A DNA stretch of 64,000 nucleotides from an uncultured Bacteroidota bacterium (GTDB taxonomy: Bacteria; Bacteroidota; Bacteroidia; JABEUT01). The notes beneath the pieces are model-generated. The model was not told where the DNA came from, ran no database searches, and was given only the letters and a program-made list of their open reading frames with translations. The translations under genes were made by a program, and so were the position numbers. Of the stretch, positions 20,903 through 30,123 are shown one piece after another. Positions within the stretch are counted from its first letter, which is position 1. Every line of letters starts with the position of its first letter. The stretch lies in contig CAIPDV010000042.1 of NCBI GenBank assembly GCA_903863935.1, forward strand, positions 68,869 through 132,868, in the 5' to 3' direction.

Positions 20903-21823
20903 CTATGCATTCTCCTTAAGTTGCCTGTCAACAATTGCGAGTCCTTCTACGAATGAATGTGGCTCGTAACCAAGATCCTTACGGGCCTTATCAAGAATAA
21001 ATCCGGTTTTTAAGGGACGTTGAGCGGGTTGACCTAATGTAGCGGTTTTTGAAGGGTGAATTAAGGCTTTATTAAATTTCCAATAGTCAGCCACCACGTT
21101 AACCAATTCAATTATGCTCATAAAATCTTTGCCTGAAATGTGGTATACGCCTGTTGCACCTTTAAATGCGGCCAGAATACAGCCTTCTGCAAGATCTTCG
21201 GCTAATGTAGGCGTGCGGAATTGGTCATCTACCACATTAATATCTTTCCCTTTTGAAAGTGCATCTTTTGCCCATAAAACAATATTGCTACGGCTCATAA
21301 AATCCACCACTCCATAAACAAGAATAGTTCTTATTATAGTCCATTTCAAGCCTGACTTTTCCACTAATTTTTCCGATACATATTTTGATTCGGCATAAAC
21401 TGAGTTGGGCGGATACGGGATATCTGTTTCCCTGTATGGTCCATGGTTTCCGTCGAAAATAAAATCGGTAGAAAGATGTATCAAATGCCCTTGTACCGGA
21501 AGTTCTTTCATAGTATTTATGAGGTATTCCACTGCATCTACATTCAATTTGCGGCATGCTTCTCGCTCCGTTTCGCAGGCATCCACATTGGTCATAGCGG
21601 CTGTATTTATTACCACATCAGGAACATATTTCGACAAAACATCTTTTACAGACTTTTCATCTGTAATATCCATTGGAGCATATTGATAGCCGGCCTGTAC
21701 TTTAAGCCTGTTAGCACCTTTTGAAGTAGCTATCACTTCAACATTTGACTCCTTAATTAGTCTGTAAACAAGCTTTTGACCCAGAAGCCCATTTGAACCT
21801 GTGATTAATATTTTTTTCTTCAT
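20903..21823 (-). CDS. dTDP-4-dehydrorhamnose reductase-family (RmlD-like) SDR
   Basis: ITGSNGLLG, AAMTNVDACE, HLSTDFIFDG, YAESK, DQFRTPT. Confidence 0.85.
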   Translation of the reverse strand: MKKKILITGSNGLLGQKLVYRLIKESNVEVIATSKGANRLKVQAGYQYAPMDITDEKSVKDVLSKYVPDVVINTAAMTNVDACETEREACRKLNVDAVEYLINTMKELPVQGHLIHLSTDFIFDGNHGPYRETDIPYPPNSVYAESKYVSEKLVEKSGLKWTIIRTILVYGVVDFMSRSNIVLWAKDALSKGKDINVVDDQFRTPTLAEDLAEGCILAAFKGATGVYHISGKDFMSIIELVNVVADYWKFNKALIHPSKTATLGQPAQRPLKTGFILDKARKDLGYEPHSFVEGLAIVDRQLKENA

Positions 21824-22005
21824 GATTTTTTTCTGCCGTCAAAATTAATAAAATGGGGTTACCTGTAATCAATTTTAGTTGTCATTTAATCTACTTAACA
21901 AACAAACAGATTCAAATGAAAAGTAGGTATAAGTAAAATATGTCACAACTTGAAGCAAGCTAAATTGTAACTTGCGCTTATTATTAAATATTAAATTCCC
22001 TTCCC

Positions 22006-22530
22006 ATGAAAAAGATTTTATTTATAGCCGGTGTTGCTGCTATATTATTATTTACCGGATTTAAATTCGATGAGTGGTATAAGTTCACTTCTTCAACAGG
22101 CCATTTTTCCATAAGTTTCCCATCAAAACCTGAAGAATCAACAGAAAAGCAAAAGACAACCGACGGGACTCCTTTTGACGTGAATTATGTATCGTATGCA
22201 CCAAGTGATAGCGAGGTTTACATGGTAGGCTATATTGATATGAAAGACTTTTATCCGGCTGATAAAACCATGAAAGAAATACTTGAAAATAGCCGTGATG
22301 GTGCCACTTCTTCCTTAGAGGCAACCAGCGTTAATACTATAACTACGAACCTTGAAGGTGATGCCTACATAGAGTTTACTTTTACTGCTCCAAAAATAAC
22401 CGGGAAAGACAGGATTTATGTAATAAATAAATTTCAGTATTCTGTTATAACCATATTCTCCTCAAGTACAGGAATAGGTACAAACGCTGATAAATTCATC
22501 AGATCCTTCAAGCATCAAGGTGAGTATTAA
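22006..22530 (+). CDS. Exported hypothetical protein
   Basis: Signal peptide; W..FTS..G.FSISFP..P and C-terminal KFIRSFK pattern. Confidence 0.7.
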   Translation: MKKILFIAGVAAILLFTGFKFDEWYKFTSSTGHFSISFPSKPEESTEKQKTTDGTPFDVNYVSYAPSDSEVYMVGYIDMKDFYPADKTMKEILENSRDGATSSLEATSVNTITTNLEGDAYIEFTFTAPKITGKDRIYVINKFQYSVITIFSSSTGIGTNADKFIRSFKHQGEY

Positions 22531-22632
22531 AAGACTTCTTTACTATAAATTTAATAAAACGGGGTCCTGATTATTTTGGGTTAATCCATACTGTACTTTA
22601 TTGTACTTTTGGGAAACCAGACACAACCAACC

Positions 22633-23841
22633 ATGCCCCTTGAAAAGACAATTCCGTTCAAGTTTATAATCTTTATTGTAGTTTTTCTACTTCTTGACTT
22701 TGTTATTGAAAACGTAAACCATAAATTTCAATTAAATGATTTCAAAGTATACTACGGGGCAGCCCAGGCCTTGACTAGTGGTAAACAAGTATATGGAACA
22801 TTATTTGCACTTGGTTCTGGTTATTATAAATATTCTCCTTTCACGTCCCTTCTATTTTACCCGTTAACCGTACTCCCCTATTATGTAGCATGCATTATTG
22901 ACTTCCTCCTGATTTCAATTGCTGTTGTATTTACCTCAGTTATTCTTCTACAGGTTGTAAATGCTTATGTTTTCAGGAAGCAATCCAACAACTCCAGCTT
23001 AATTTTAACATTGGGAATTATTTGCATTTCTACCCATCTGGTTCGGGAATTGGAACTCGGTAACGTAAATGTTTTACTGCTTTTCCTGCTTTCCTTTTGT
23101 CTGTTTTATATACTCCAAAATAAAATGATTATTGCAGGGATATTGCTTGCATTGGTAATTATTACCAAACCATTTTTTATTCTTTTATTTATTCCTTTAC
23201 TAATGCACAGGTATTACAAAGCTTTATTTATTACTTCTGCCAGTTTGCTATTGTTTCTTATTTTACCCGCAGCCTTTTTCGGCTTCGTAAAAAACCTGGA
23301 TCTTCACCACCAATGGCTGAATACCATGCTTACACATGCCGAGGCGTTCCCTAGCCCAAATACGCTAGATGCCATGATACGCAATCACGTTAGCTCATCA
23401 CTTTCCTCGAATTTTCAATATATCGCATTGCTAATTCTGTTGATTCCTTACATTTTATTTATTTTCAGAAATACTCAAAATTCAAAAAACAATAAGATTC
23501 AGAAATCCTCGGATTTATATATCGAGTGGTTCACACTTATTGCTTTTATGCCTTCCATTTTTAAAACAGATACGGAACATTTTTTAATGACCTTGCCCAT
23601 CCTTATTTTTATCCTTGTTTATTTATTCCATACCAAAAATATTTTGCTGAGTGTTCTATTTGGGTTGCTTATCATTTTATATGCCGGCAATTCGTCCGAC
23701 ATTTTAGGGAAAAGCTTGTCAGTTAAGGTTTATGATATGGGTATACTTGGCATTAGTAACATACTCATTGTTGCCATGGGACTAACTCTCTACTATACTC
23801 ATTCTCGGAAATTAATTACAGTTCAGTCGCAACTAAACTGA
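22633..23841 (+). CDS. Glycosyltransferase family 87 (DUF2029-like) membrane protein
   Basis: DFKVYY.AA..L..G..VY, YKYSP, ELGNVN, KP motifs; multi-TM. Confidence 0.8.
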   Translation: MPLEKTIPFKFIIFIVVFLLLDFVIENVNHKFQLNDFKVYYGAAQALTSGKQVYGTLFALGSGYYKYSPFTSLLFYPLTVLPYYVACIIDFLLISIAVVFTSVILLQVVNAYVFRKQSNNSSLILTLGIICISTHLVRELELGNVNVLLLFLLSFCLFYILQNKMIIAGILLALVIITKPFFILLFIPLLMHRYYKALFITSASLLLFLILPAAFFGFVKNLDLHHQWLNTMLTHAEAFPSPNTLDAMIRNHVSSSLSSNFQYIALLILLIPYILFIFRNTQNSKNNKIQKSSDLYIEWFTLIAFMPSIFKTDTEHFLMTLPILIFILVYLFHTKNILLSVLFGLLIILYAGNSSDILGKSLSVKVYDMGILGISNILIVAMGLTLYYTHSRKLITVQSQLN

Positions 23842-23842
23842 G

Positions 23843-25226
23843 TTATTTTCCAAGGCAAAATTTCTTACCCCCTGACAATAGAGGGTTATAGGGATTTGAG
23901 GCACAAATAGGGTACACACTACGACGAACGCAATAGTAAACCAAGCATTGTTTGCTGTGAATGATTGTTGAGGAATTGTTTGTCCGTGAAAAAAATTAAT
24001 GCAGAGAACTTAAAGGACATTTCCAAATCTGTCCTACGATATTATAATGGTCGGGATCAGGATCAATTACATTGCCACCGCCACAATACAGAATGCCGTC
24101 CTTTATTAAGACGGAGGATTGTGTGGCATTAGTTGTCGGGAATCCTCCAAGGAGTGTCCAACTGGTTCCATTGTCTGTAGAAAGATAAATGCGTCCTGGT
24201 GTACTAGCAAATATATAATTGCCAAAAATTCTGATTGAGTTTATTTCAGGATATCCTGGATTATACTGGGGCATCTGGGGCAGTCCATTATTTATTGCTG
24301 TCCAGTTTGCACCATTGTCATTTGAGAGATATATTCCATGGTTATAAGTGCCTGCAAAAATATTGTTTCCTTGAACTGCTAAAGCGTATACGGTTTCACC
24401 TGAAGGTAAACCATTACTAACAGATGACCAACTTGAATTTTGTTGATTAAAAAGATACACTCCTATTGTTCCGGCCAAAAGATTAGTGTCTTTTAATGCC
24501 AAAGTAAAAGCTGGCAGATAAGGATAAGATGAAGTAGAAACAGGAAATCCTGAATAAAGATTTGTCCAAATGCTTCCATTATTTGAGTGGACTGCACATT
24601 CTGTACCTGCATAAATATTATTACCACTTGCGGCAAGTGCATTCACGTTATCTCCTATATTAGAACCTATTTCTGTCCAATTATTTCCGTTGTCGTTTGA
24701 CATAAATATCATATCAACGAACCCTAAAAAAATATCATTGCCATTCACACAGAAGCATTGTCCGTTCATAGAATTATGAGGATTATGTAGTATTGTCCAA
24801 TTACTGCCATTGTCAGATGTTCTGTAAAGTAAATCAGAACTCACGAAAATAAAACTGTCTTTTATTCCCAAAAGGTAAGCTCCTGCGTTAGCAGAAAATC
24901 CAGTGGCTGTCCAGCTACCAGTAATTGTCGGGACAGGTGTGGGTATGGGTGTACTGTTATTTTGTTGAATAGCACTGTCCTTTTTTCAAGAGGCAAAAGA
25001 GAGGACAACAATCAAAAAATAAACTATGTGAAAATATTTTTTCCCGTCTTGAAACATTTGAATTAGCTTTCTGCTACATTGGTGGTTTCTAGTTATACTT
25101 TCAAAAGTAAACAAAAATAATGAAATTAAAGCAAAACAACCTCAATATCTTTGATTTGAAATTTAATAAGAGCTCTAATGTAAATTCTTTGGCTGCTTAA
25201 GGTTCTTATTTTCCGATGCAAAACTT
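23843..25226 (-). mobile_element. Relic integrated element at mnmE 3' end, bounded by an imperfect direct repeat
   Basis: ttattttccaaggcaaaa (23843-23860) vs ttattttccgatgcaaaa (25206-25223), 16/18 identical; no integrase present. Confidence 0.6.
23996..25057 (-). pseudogene. BNR/Asp-box beta-propeller lipoprotein with nonsense codon at lipobox Cys
   Basis: Frame from ATG 25057 reads MFQDGKKYFHIVYFLIVVLSFAS*KKDSAIQQ (TGA at 24988-24986), in frame with ORF 24871-23996 carrying S.DNG.NW repeats. Confidence 0.75.
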
Positions 25227-26585
25227 GCCGAAAATATTTCCAAGCAAATCGTCGGTTGTAACTTCTCCAGTTATCTCACCCAAGTGGTTCAGTGCTGAAC
25301 GAATATCGGAAGCAACCAGTTCACCTGACAATTTATTTTCAATGCCATTATGAGCATTGATCAGATTTTGCAATGTCGCCTCTAATGCTTCATAGTGCCG
25401 GGCATTACTGAGTATTACGCCTTCATGAATATTGGCCCCTTTCACAGCAGCCTCATATAGTTGCGTTTTTAACGTCTCTACCCCTACCCCACTTTTAGCT
25501 GATAGGAAAATAATTCCTTCTATATTTTTAAATTTTTTCTGACATGCTTTTTCTTCGGCTAGATCAACCTTATTCGCCAATGGAAGAACAGGAGTATTGC
25601 TATCTTTCCTTAGCTTTATTAAATCTTCACCAACTTCGGCAGAGGTCATTTCATTTGCATCAAAAAGATACATTACTATAGAAGCCTGTTCAATTTTTTG
25701 CATGGTTCGCTCGACTCCTTTCTTCTCAATTATATCGGCGGCTTCACGAATTCCGGCGGTATCGGTGAGCCTGAAAGCGATTCCATTTATAATTAATGTT
25801 TCCTCAATTGTATCGCGTGTTGTTCCGGGAATATCGCTAACAATGGCTCGTTCTTCATTCAATAATTTATTGAGCAATGTTGATTTGCCCGCATTTGGCC
25901 TTCCTGCAATAACCGCAGAAACTCCATTCTTTATTACGTTTCCTAATTTAAATGATTCGCACAATGCTTTTATTTTTCCTTGCATTTTTTCAAGAAGATT
26001 CAACAATTGACCACGGTTTGCAAATTCCACATCCTCTTCACTAAAATCAAGCTCTAATTCCAGTAATGAGGCAAAGTGCATTAACTCTTCCCGCAAGGCT
26101 TTAAGTTCCCCGGAAAAGCCTCCCCTCATCTGGTTGATGGCTAAATCATGGGCAGCTTGAGTTTCCGAAGCAATTAAATCACTTACGGCTTCAGCTTGCG
26201 ACAGGTCGAAACGCCCATTAATAAAAGCACGCATGGTAAACTCTCCCGGCTTTGCCGGACGAGCCCCTTTACTGATAAGTAACTGAAGAACCTTCTGCAA
26301 AATATACGGTGAACCGTGACAAGATATCTCCACCACATCTTCGCAAGTAAAAGAATGCGGTGCCCTGAAAATACCTGCAACAACTTCATCCAAAACATTA
26401 TCGTCATCACGTATAATTCCGAAATGCATGGTATGGCTTTCAGCAGCCGACAGTTTTAGACCCGGCAATACTTTCTCGCTTATATAAATGGCTTTCGGAC
26501 CCGAAAGCCTGATAACACCTATAGCTCCAACCCCGGGTGGAGTGGAAAGAGCAACTATTGTATCATCTGTAATTGGGTTCTTCAT
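25206..26585 (-). CDS. mnmE: tRNA modification GTPase MnmE
   Basis: DTIVALSTPPG.GAIGVIRLSG, GRPNAGKS, GTTRD, DTAG, C-terminal FCIGK. Confidence 0.97.
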   Translation of the reverse strand: MKNPITDDTIVALSTPPGVGAIGVIRLSGPKAIYISEKVLPGLKLSAAESHTMHFGIIRDDDNVLDEVVAGIFRAPHSFTCEDVVEISCHGSPYILQKVLQLLISKGARPAKPGEFTMRAFINGRFDLSQAEAVSDLIASETQAAHDLAINQMRGGFSGELKALREELMHFASLLELELDFSEEDVEFANRGQLLNLLEKMQGKIKALCESFKLGNVIKNGVSAVIAGRPNAGKSTLLNKLLNEERAIVSDIPGTTRDTIEETLIINGIAFRLTDTAGIREAADIIEKKGVERTMQKIEQASIVMYLFDANEMTSAEVGEDLIKLRKDSNTPVLPLANKVDLAEEKACQKKFKNIEGIIFLSAKSGVGVETLKTQLYEAAVKGANIHEGVILSNARHYEALEATLQNLINAHNGIENKLSGELVASDIRSALNHLGEITGEVTTDDLLGNIFGKFCIGK

Positions 26586-26641
26586 GTTTGCAAGGGTAAA
26601 AATAGATAAACAAAAGCAATGGCATATAAACTGAGGGTTAT

Positions 26642-26886
26642 GTTTTACACTGACCCCTTAATTCAAAAATTCCATCCCTTCATTTTCACATTAATAACCA
26701 GCAGATTCTGACTTTTGTTTTACACTTTTATACAGTTTTAAGGGGTATCAAAGATGCGTAAAACAAATACACTAAATACTGACAACCAATTCGATATGAT
26801 TATTCATGTTTTACACACAGTTAGGCAAGGTGTAAAACAAAACTCACATGCAATTGATTATCTGCCTCATATTGCCGTTTTACACT
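26642..26886. repeat. Array of GTTTTACAC motifs (DnaA-box-like) in intergenic region
   Basis: TTTTACAC at 26643, 26718, 26809 and 26878, inverted copy at 26830-26837, variant GCGTAAAACA near 26756. Confidence 0.65.
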
Positions 26887-26907
26887 ATTTCTATGATGAT
26901 TGTGGGA

Positions 26908-27630
26908 TTAATGCACTACCCCATGCATATAAACCATATTCAGTTTTTCCCACATACCAATTTCGTAATGCCGTATTACAACCATAAAAATAAGAACTAC
27001 AATTGGGATGGTAATATTATCAAGTCCTTTGATGGTAAAAGATTCGGCAAGGGTTGATATAAATGCAATGGCAATTGGAATCCAAATGATTTTTTCCAAT
27101 GTATAAATACGATGGAAATAAATGCATCCGGCAGCTACTAGTATTGCCATCACAAAAAACATAATGGACCCACTCAGTGTTTTTGTCTCCTTAAAGACTT
27201 TGAACTTCCCATATTGAAATTTCTGTCCGACCAAAGCTGCTAAAGGGTCAGCAATAGCGAGTATAAGCATGGGTAAATAGAAAAATATTCTGTCCTTTTG
27301 CCACCAGTAAGCATCAAAACAAACATATACTGCAACTGCATACGACACACTTCCAAACGATTCGCGGCCTATATCGTTAATCGATTTTAAAAAGCCTAGT
27401 TTTATACTGGTCAGGAGGAGCAAAGCAAACGAAGCACACAATGCTAATACATACCAATGATTTGTGATCAACAATGGGCAAAGCAGCGTAATGCCGCCTG
27501 TTCCGGCATGAATTAGCTTGCGTGTATATTCAGCTTTAACTTTTGCATAAATATGGAGCATTTCTCCAACTGCAAACAATAAAAGTACCATTACAGCGAG
27601 CAAAATGGTGTATAACAGATTATCAGCCAT
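26908..27630 (-). CDS. Dolichol/phytol kinase-like (cytidylyltransferase-family) membrane protein
   Basis: EYTRKLIHAGTG, LAIADPLAALVG, KTLSGS, GLDNITIP. Confidence 0.8.
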   Translation of the reverse strand: MADNLLYTILLAVMVLLLFAVGEMLHIYAKVKAEYTRKLIHAGTGGITLLCPLLITNHWYVLALCASFALLLLTSIKLGFLKSINDIGRESFGSVSYAVAVYVCFDAYWWQKDRIFFYLPMLILAIADPLAALVGQKFQYGKFKVFKETKTLSGSIMFFVMAILVAAGCIYFHRIYTLEKIIWIPIAIAFISTLAESFTIKGLDNITIPIVVLIFMVVIRHYEIGMWEKLNMVYMHGVVH

Positions 27631-27735
27631 AGCCGGATAAAGATAAGATTATTGATTAAATGAATATGAACAATATCTTGGCTTTACCTATATTGGCAAT
27701 TAATACGGCTGCAAATAATCAGGATAGCTTCGATT

Positions 27736-28308
27736 ATGGAAGAAAAATTCAGGTGGACTATTCCAAATATATTGTCTGTTTACAGGCTATGTGTTTCACC
27801 TGTTATACTTGTTACTTTAATCCTGAAGAATGAATCGGTATTTACAGTACTATTATTGGTTAGCCTTATAACCGACATATTAGACGGATTTATTGCACGA
27901 CAATTTAATTTGAAGACAAAAATGGGTGCAAAGCTTGATTCTATTGCCGATGCCGTTACAGTTGTTTTAGCTATTGTCGGAATGTTCAGGTTTAAACAAC
28001 TGGATATCTTTCCATTTTTAACTCCATTTTATATATTGATCGGTTTCTATTTCCTAGTGTATATTATATCTGCCCTAAAGTTTAAAAAATTCAGCAGCAT
28101 GCATTTATATTCGGCTAAAATTACGGGCTACGCCCAGGGAATTTTCTTCTTTGTGCTTTTCTGTTTTCAATTTTACAATTGGCTTTTCTGGGTTATGTTT
28201 ACCATTTCAATTCTTACATACATCGAGGAAATTATTGCCATACTACTATTGAAAGATATGATATCGGATGCTAAAGGGATTTACTGGATAATTAAAAAGA
28301 AGGTTTAA
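27736..28308 (+). CDS. CDP-alcohol phosphatidyltransferase family protein
   Basis: TIPNILS..R, TDILDGFIARQFNLKTKMGAKLDSIAD signature. Confidence 0.88.
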   Translation: MEEKFRWTIPNILSVYRLCVSPVILVTLILKNESVFTVLLLVSLITDILDGFIARQFNLKTKMGAKLDSIADAVTVVLAIVGMFRFKQLDIFPFLTPFYILIGFYFLVYIISALKFKKFSSMHLYSAKITGYAQGIFFFVLFCFQFYNWLFWVMFTISILTYIEEIIAILLLKDMISDAKGIYWIIKKKV

Positions 28309-29048
28309 TGGAATATGTCCTTTTCATAACATTGGGGTATTTTATCCTTGGCGCAATAGGAACGTTACTGGCCAACCGGGGCAAGGAAAAAGAACTGAAA
28401 AAAGAACGCTGGATAAAAATCCTGTCTTATTTTATTATCGTTCATTTCATAATTCTTTTACTTCTGATTGTTCCTGAAGCATTTATTTACCTGGCTTCCT
28501 TAATTGTGTTAATAGGAATTTACGAAATAGTTAAAGTAAGTCAGCATAAGGGCCACACACCGGCACTCATAACCGGCCTTATCATTTACATATTAGTTTC
28601 AGCAGGGTTTCTATTAACATGCATGATTGTTCAGGCGTATGGATTGATAGAATTATTTGTCCTTGTTTTCGTATTTGACGGGTTCAGCCAGATAACTGGC
28701 CAGCTTTTCGGCAAACATAAATTACTTCCGAAAGTAAGCCCCGGAAAAACAATTGAAGGGCTATTCGGTGGACTTGTTTTTGCTATTGCCACGGCTTATT
28801 TGCTTTTAAATGGCGAAGCACCTACGGGACAAATTATTTTTGTTGCCGCTATACTTTGCCTGTCAGCTTTGGGTGGTGACCTATTGGCATCTTACTACAA
28901 ACGAATTATGGGAATTAAAGATTTCAGCAGACTTATTCCCGGGCATGGAGGTGTGCTCGACAGATTCGACAGCCTTATTACCGCTGGCTTTGCGGCCGCT
29001 ATTCTGATATACGCATACTTTTTCTTTGGTCCTCAGGTAAGGATTTAG
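28308..29048 (+). CDS. Phosphatidate cytidylyltransferase (CdsA-like)
   Basis: SPGKTIEG, GDLLASYYKR..GIKDFSRLIPGHGGVLDRFDS. Confidence 0.85.
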   Translation: MEYVLFITLGYFILGAIGTLLANRGKEKELKKERWIKILSYFIIVHFIILLLLIVPEAFIYLASLIVLIGIYEIVKVSQHKGHTPALITGLIIYILVSAGFLLTCMIVQAYGLIELFVLVFVFDGFSQITGQLFGKHKLLPKVSPGKTIEGLFGGLVFAIATAYLLLNGEAPTGQIIFVAAILCLSALGGDLLASYYKRIMGIKDFSRLIPGHGGVLDRFDSLITAGFAAAILIYAYFFFGPQVRI

Positions 29049-30085
29049 GCTTTCTTAGAAAACTCTAATCTTGCTTTAGGCACAAGATCTATATCTGCAA
29101 ATTCTTTCTTCAGGAATTTGTAATATCCAACTATTCCAATCATAGCTGCATTATCGGTACAATACTGCATTTTTGGTATGTATACTTTCCAGCTATATTT
29201 ATCAGCAGCCTCAGCTACTGCTTTACGTAATCCTGAATTAGCAGCTACTCCTCCTGCTATAGCTATTTCTTTCACACCAGTTTGCTGTGCTGCTTTGGTA
29301 ATTTTATCTATTAGGATCGAAACCACACGATATTGAAAAGATGCACAGAGGTCGTTTTTATGTTCTTCCGCAAAATTGGGGTTTGCCAATTTTCCATCCC
29401 TTACCAGATAAAGGAATGAGGTCTTCAAACCACTAAAGCTAAAATTAAGTTCAGGAATATGAGGCGTTGGAAAATTGAAAGCCTTAGGATTTCCAAGTGC
29501 AGCAAACTTATCTACTAAAGGTCCGCCGGGATAAGGCAGTGTCATTATCTTTGCCGCTTTATCGAACGCCTCTCCGGCTGCATCATCAAGGGTTTGACCT
29601 AATATTTCCATATCGAAATAATCTCTAACCAAAACAATTTGGGTATGTCCACCCGAAACTGTCAAACATAAAAAGGGAAAGGATGGTGGATTAAATTCCT
29701 CACCCGGTGTTCGTATAAAATGTGAAAGGATATGCGCCTGCATGTGGTTCACCTCAATAAGCGGCTTATTCAACCCTATACTTAATGCCTTCGCAAATGA
29801 AACACCTACCAACAAAGAACCCATCAAACCAGGGCCTCTTGTAAGCGCGATTGCATCAATTTCTTCCTTTTTTATACCGGCTTTTTTTAAAGCTATATCA
29901 ACAACAGGTACAATATTCTGCTGGTGGGCTCGTGAGGCCAATTCCGGTACCACCCCTCCGAAATCGTGGTGCACCTGCTGACCTGCCACCACATTGGAAA
30001 GAAGCAGGTTTCCGGAGAGAACAGCAGCACAAGTGTCATCGCAGGAAGATTCAATGGCTAAAATCTTCACATTCCGCTCATCCAT
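29045..30085 (-). CDS. tsaD: tRNA N6-threonylcarbamoyltransferase TsaD
   Basis: ILAIESSCDDT, GGVVPELASRAH, VNHMQAH, VSGGHT, DDAAGEAFDK, CTDNAAMI. Confidence 0.96.
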   Translation of the reverse strand: MDERNVKILAIESSCDDTCAAVLSGNLLLSNVVAGQQVHHDFGGVVPELASRAHQQNIVPVVDIALKKAGIKKEEIDAIALTRGPGLMGSLLVGVSFAKALSIGLNKPLIEVNHMQAHILSHFIRTPGEEFNPPSFPFLCLTVSGGHTQIVLVRDYFDMEILGQTLDDAAGEAFDKAAKIMTLPYPGGPLVDKFAALGNPKAFNFPTPHIPELNFSFSGLKTSFLYLVRDGKLANPNFAEEHKNDLCASFQYRVVSILIDKITKAAQQTGVKEIAIAGGVAANSGLRKAVAEAADKYSWKVYIPKMQYCTDNAAMIGIVGYYKFLKKEFADIDLVPKARLEFSKKA

Positions 30086-30123
30086 TATTTCTAACTTTGT
30101 TAATTAATTCAATCACCAAAGGT

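Noticed and set aside
24986..24988. TGA as selenocysteine or recoded codon
   Set aside because: TGA is used as a normal stop elsewhere (e.g. 1019, 23841, 50624) and Sec at a lipobox has no precedent I know of; a nonsense change or error is simpler.
26754..27057. Short + strand ORFs over the repeat array
   Set aside because: No protein-like features, and they overlap the convergent kinase-like gene.
29851..30123. 5' extension of the 1566 aa ORF
   Set aside because: Antisense overlap with conserved tsaD and non-protein-like sequence; the real TamB-like protein starts near 30124.
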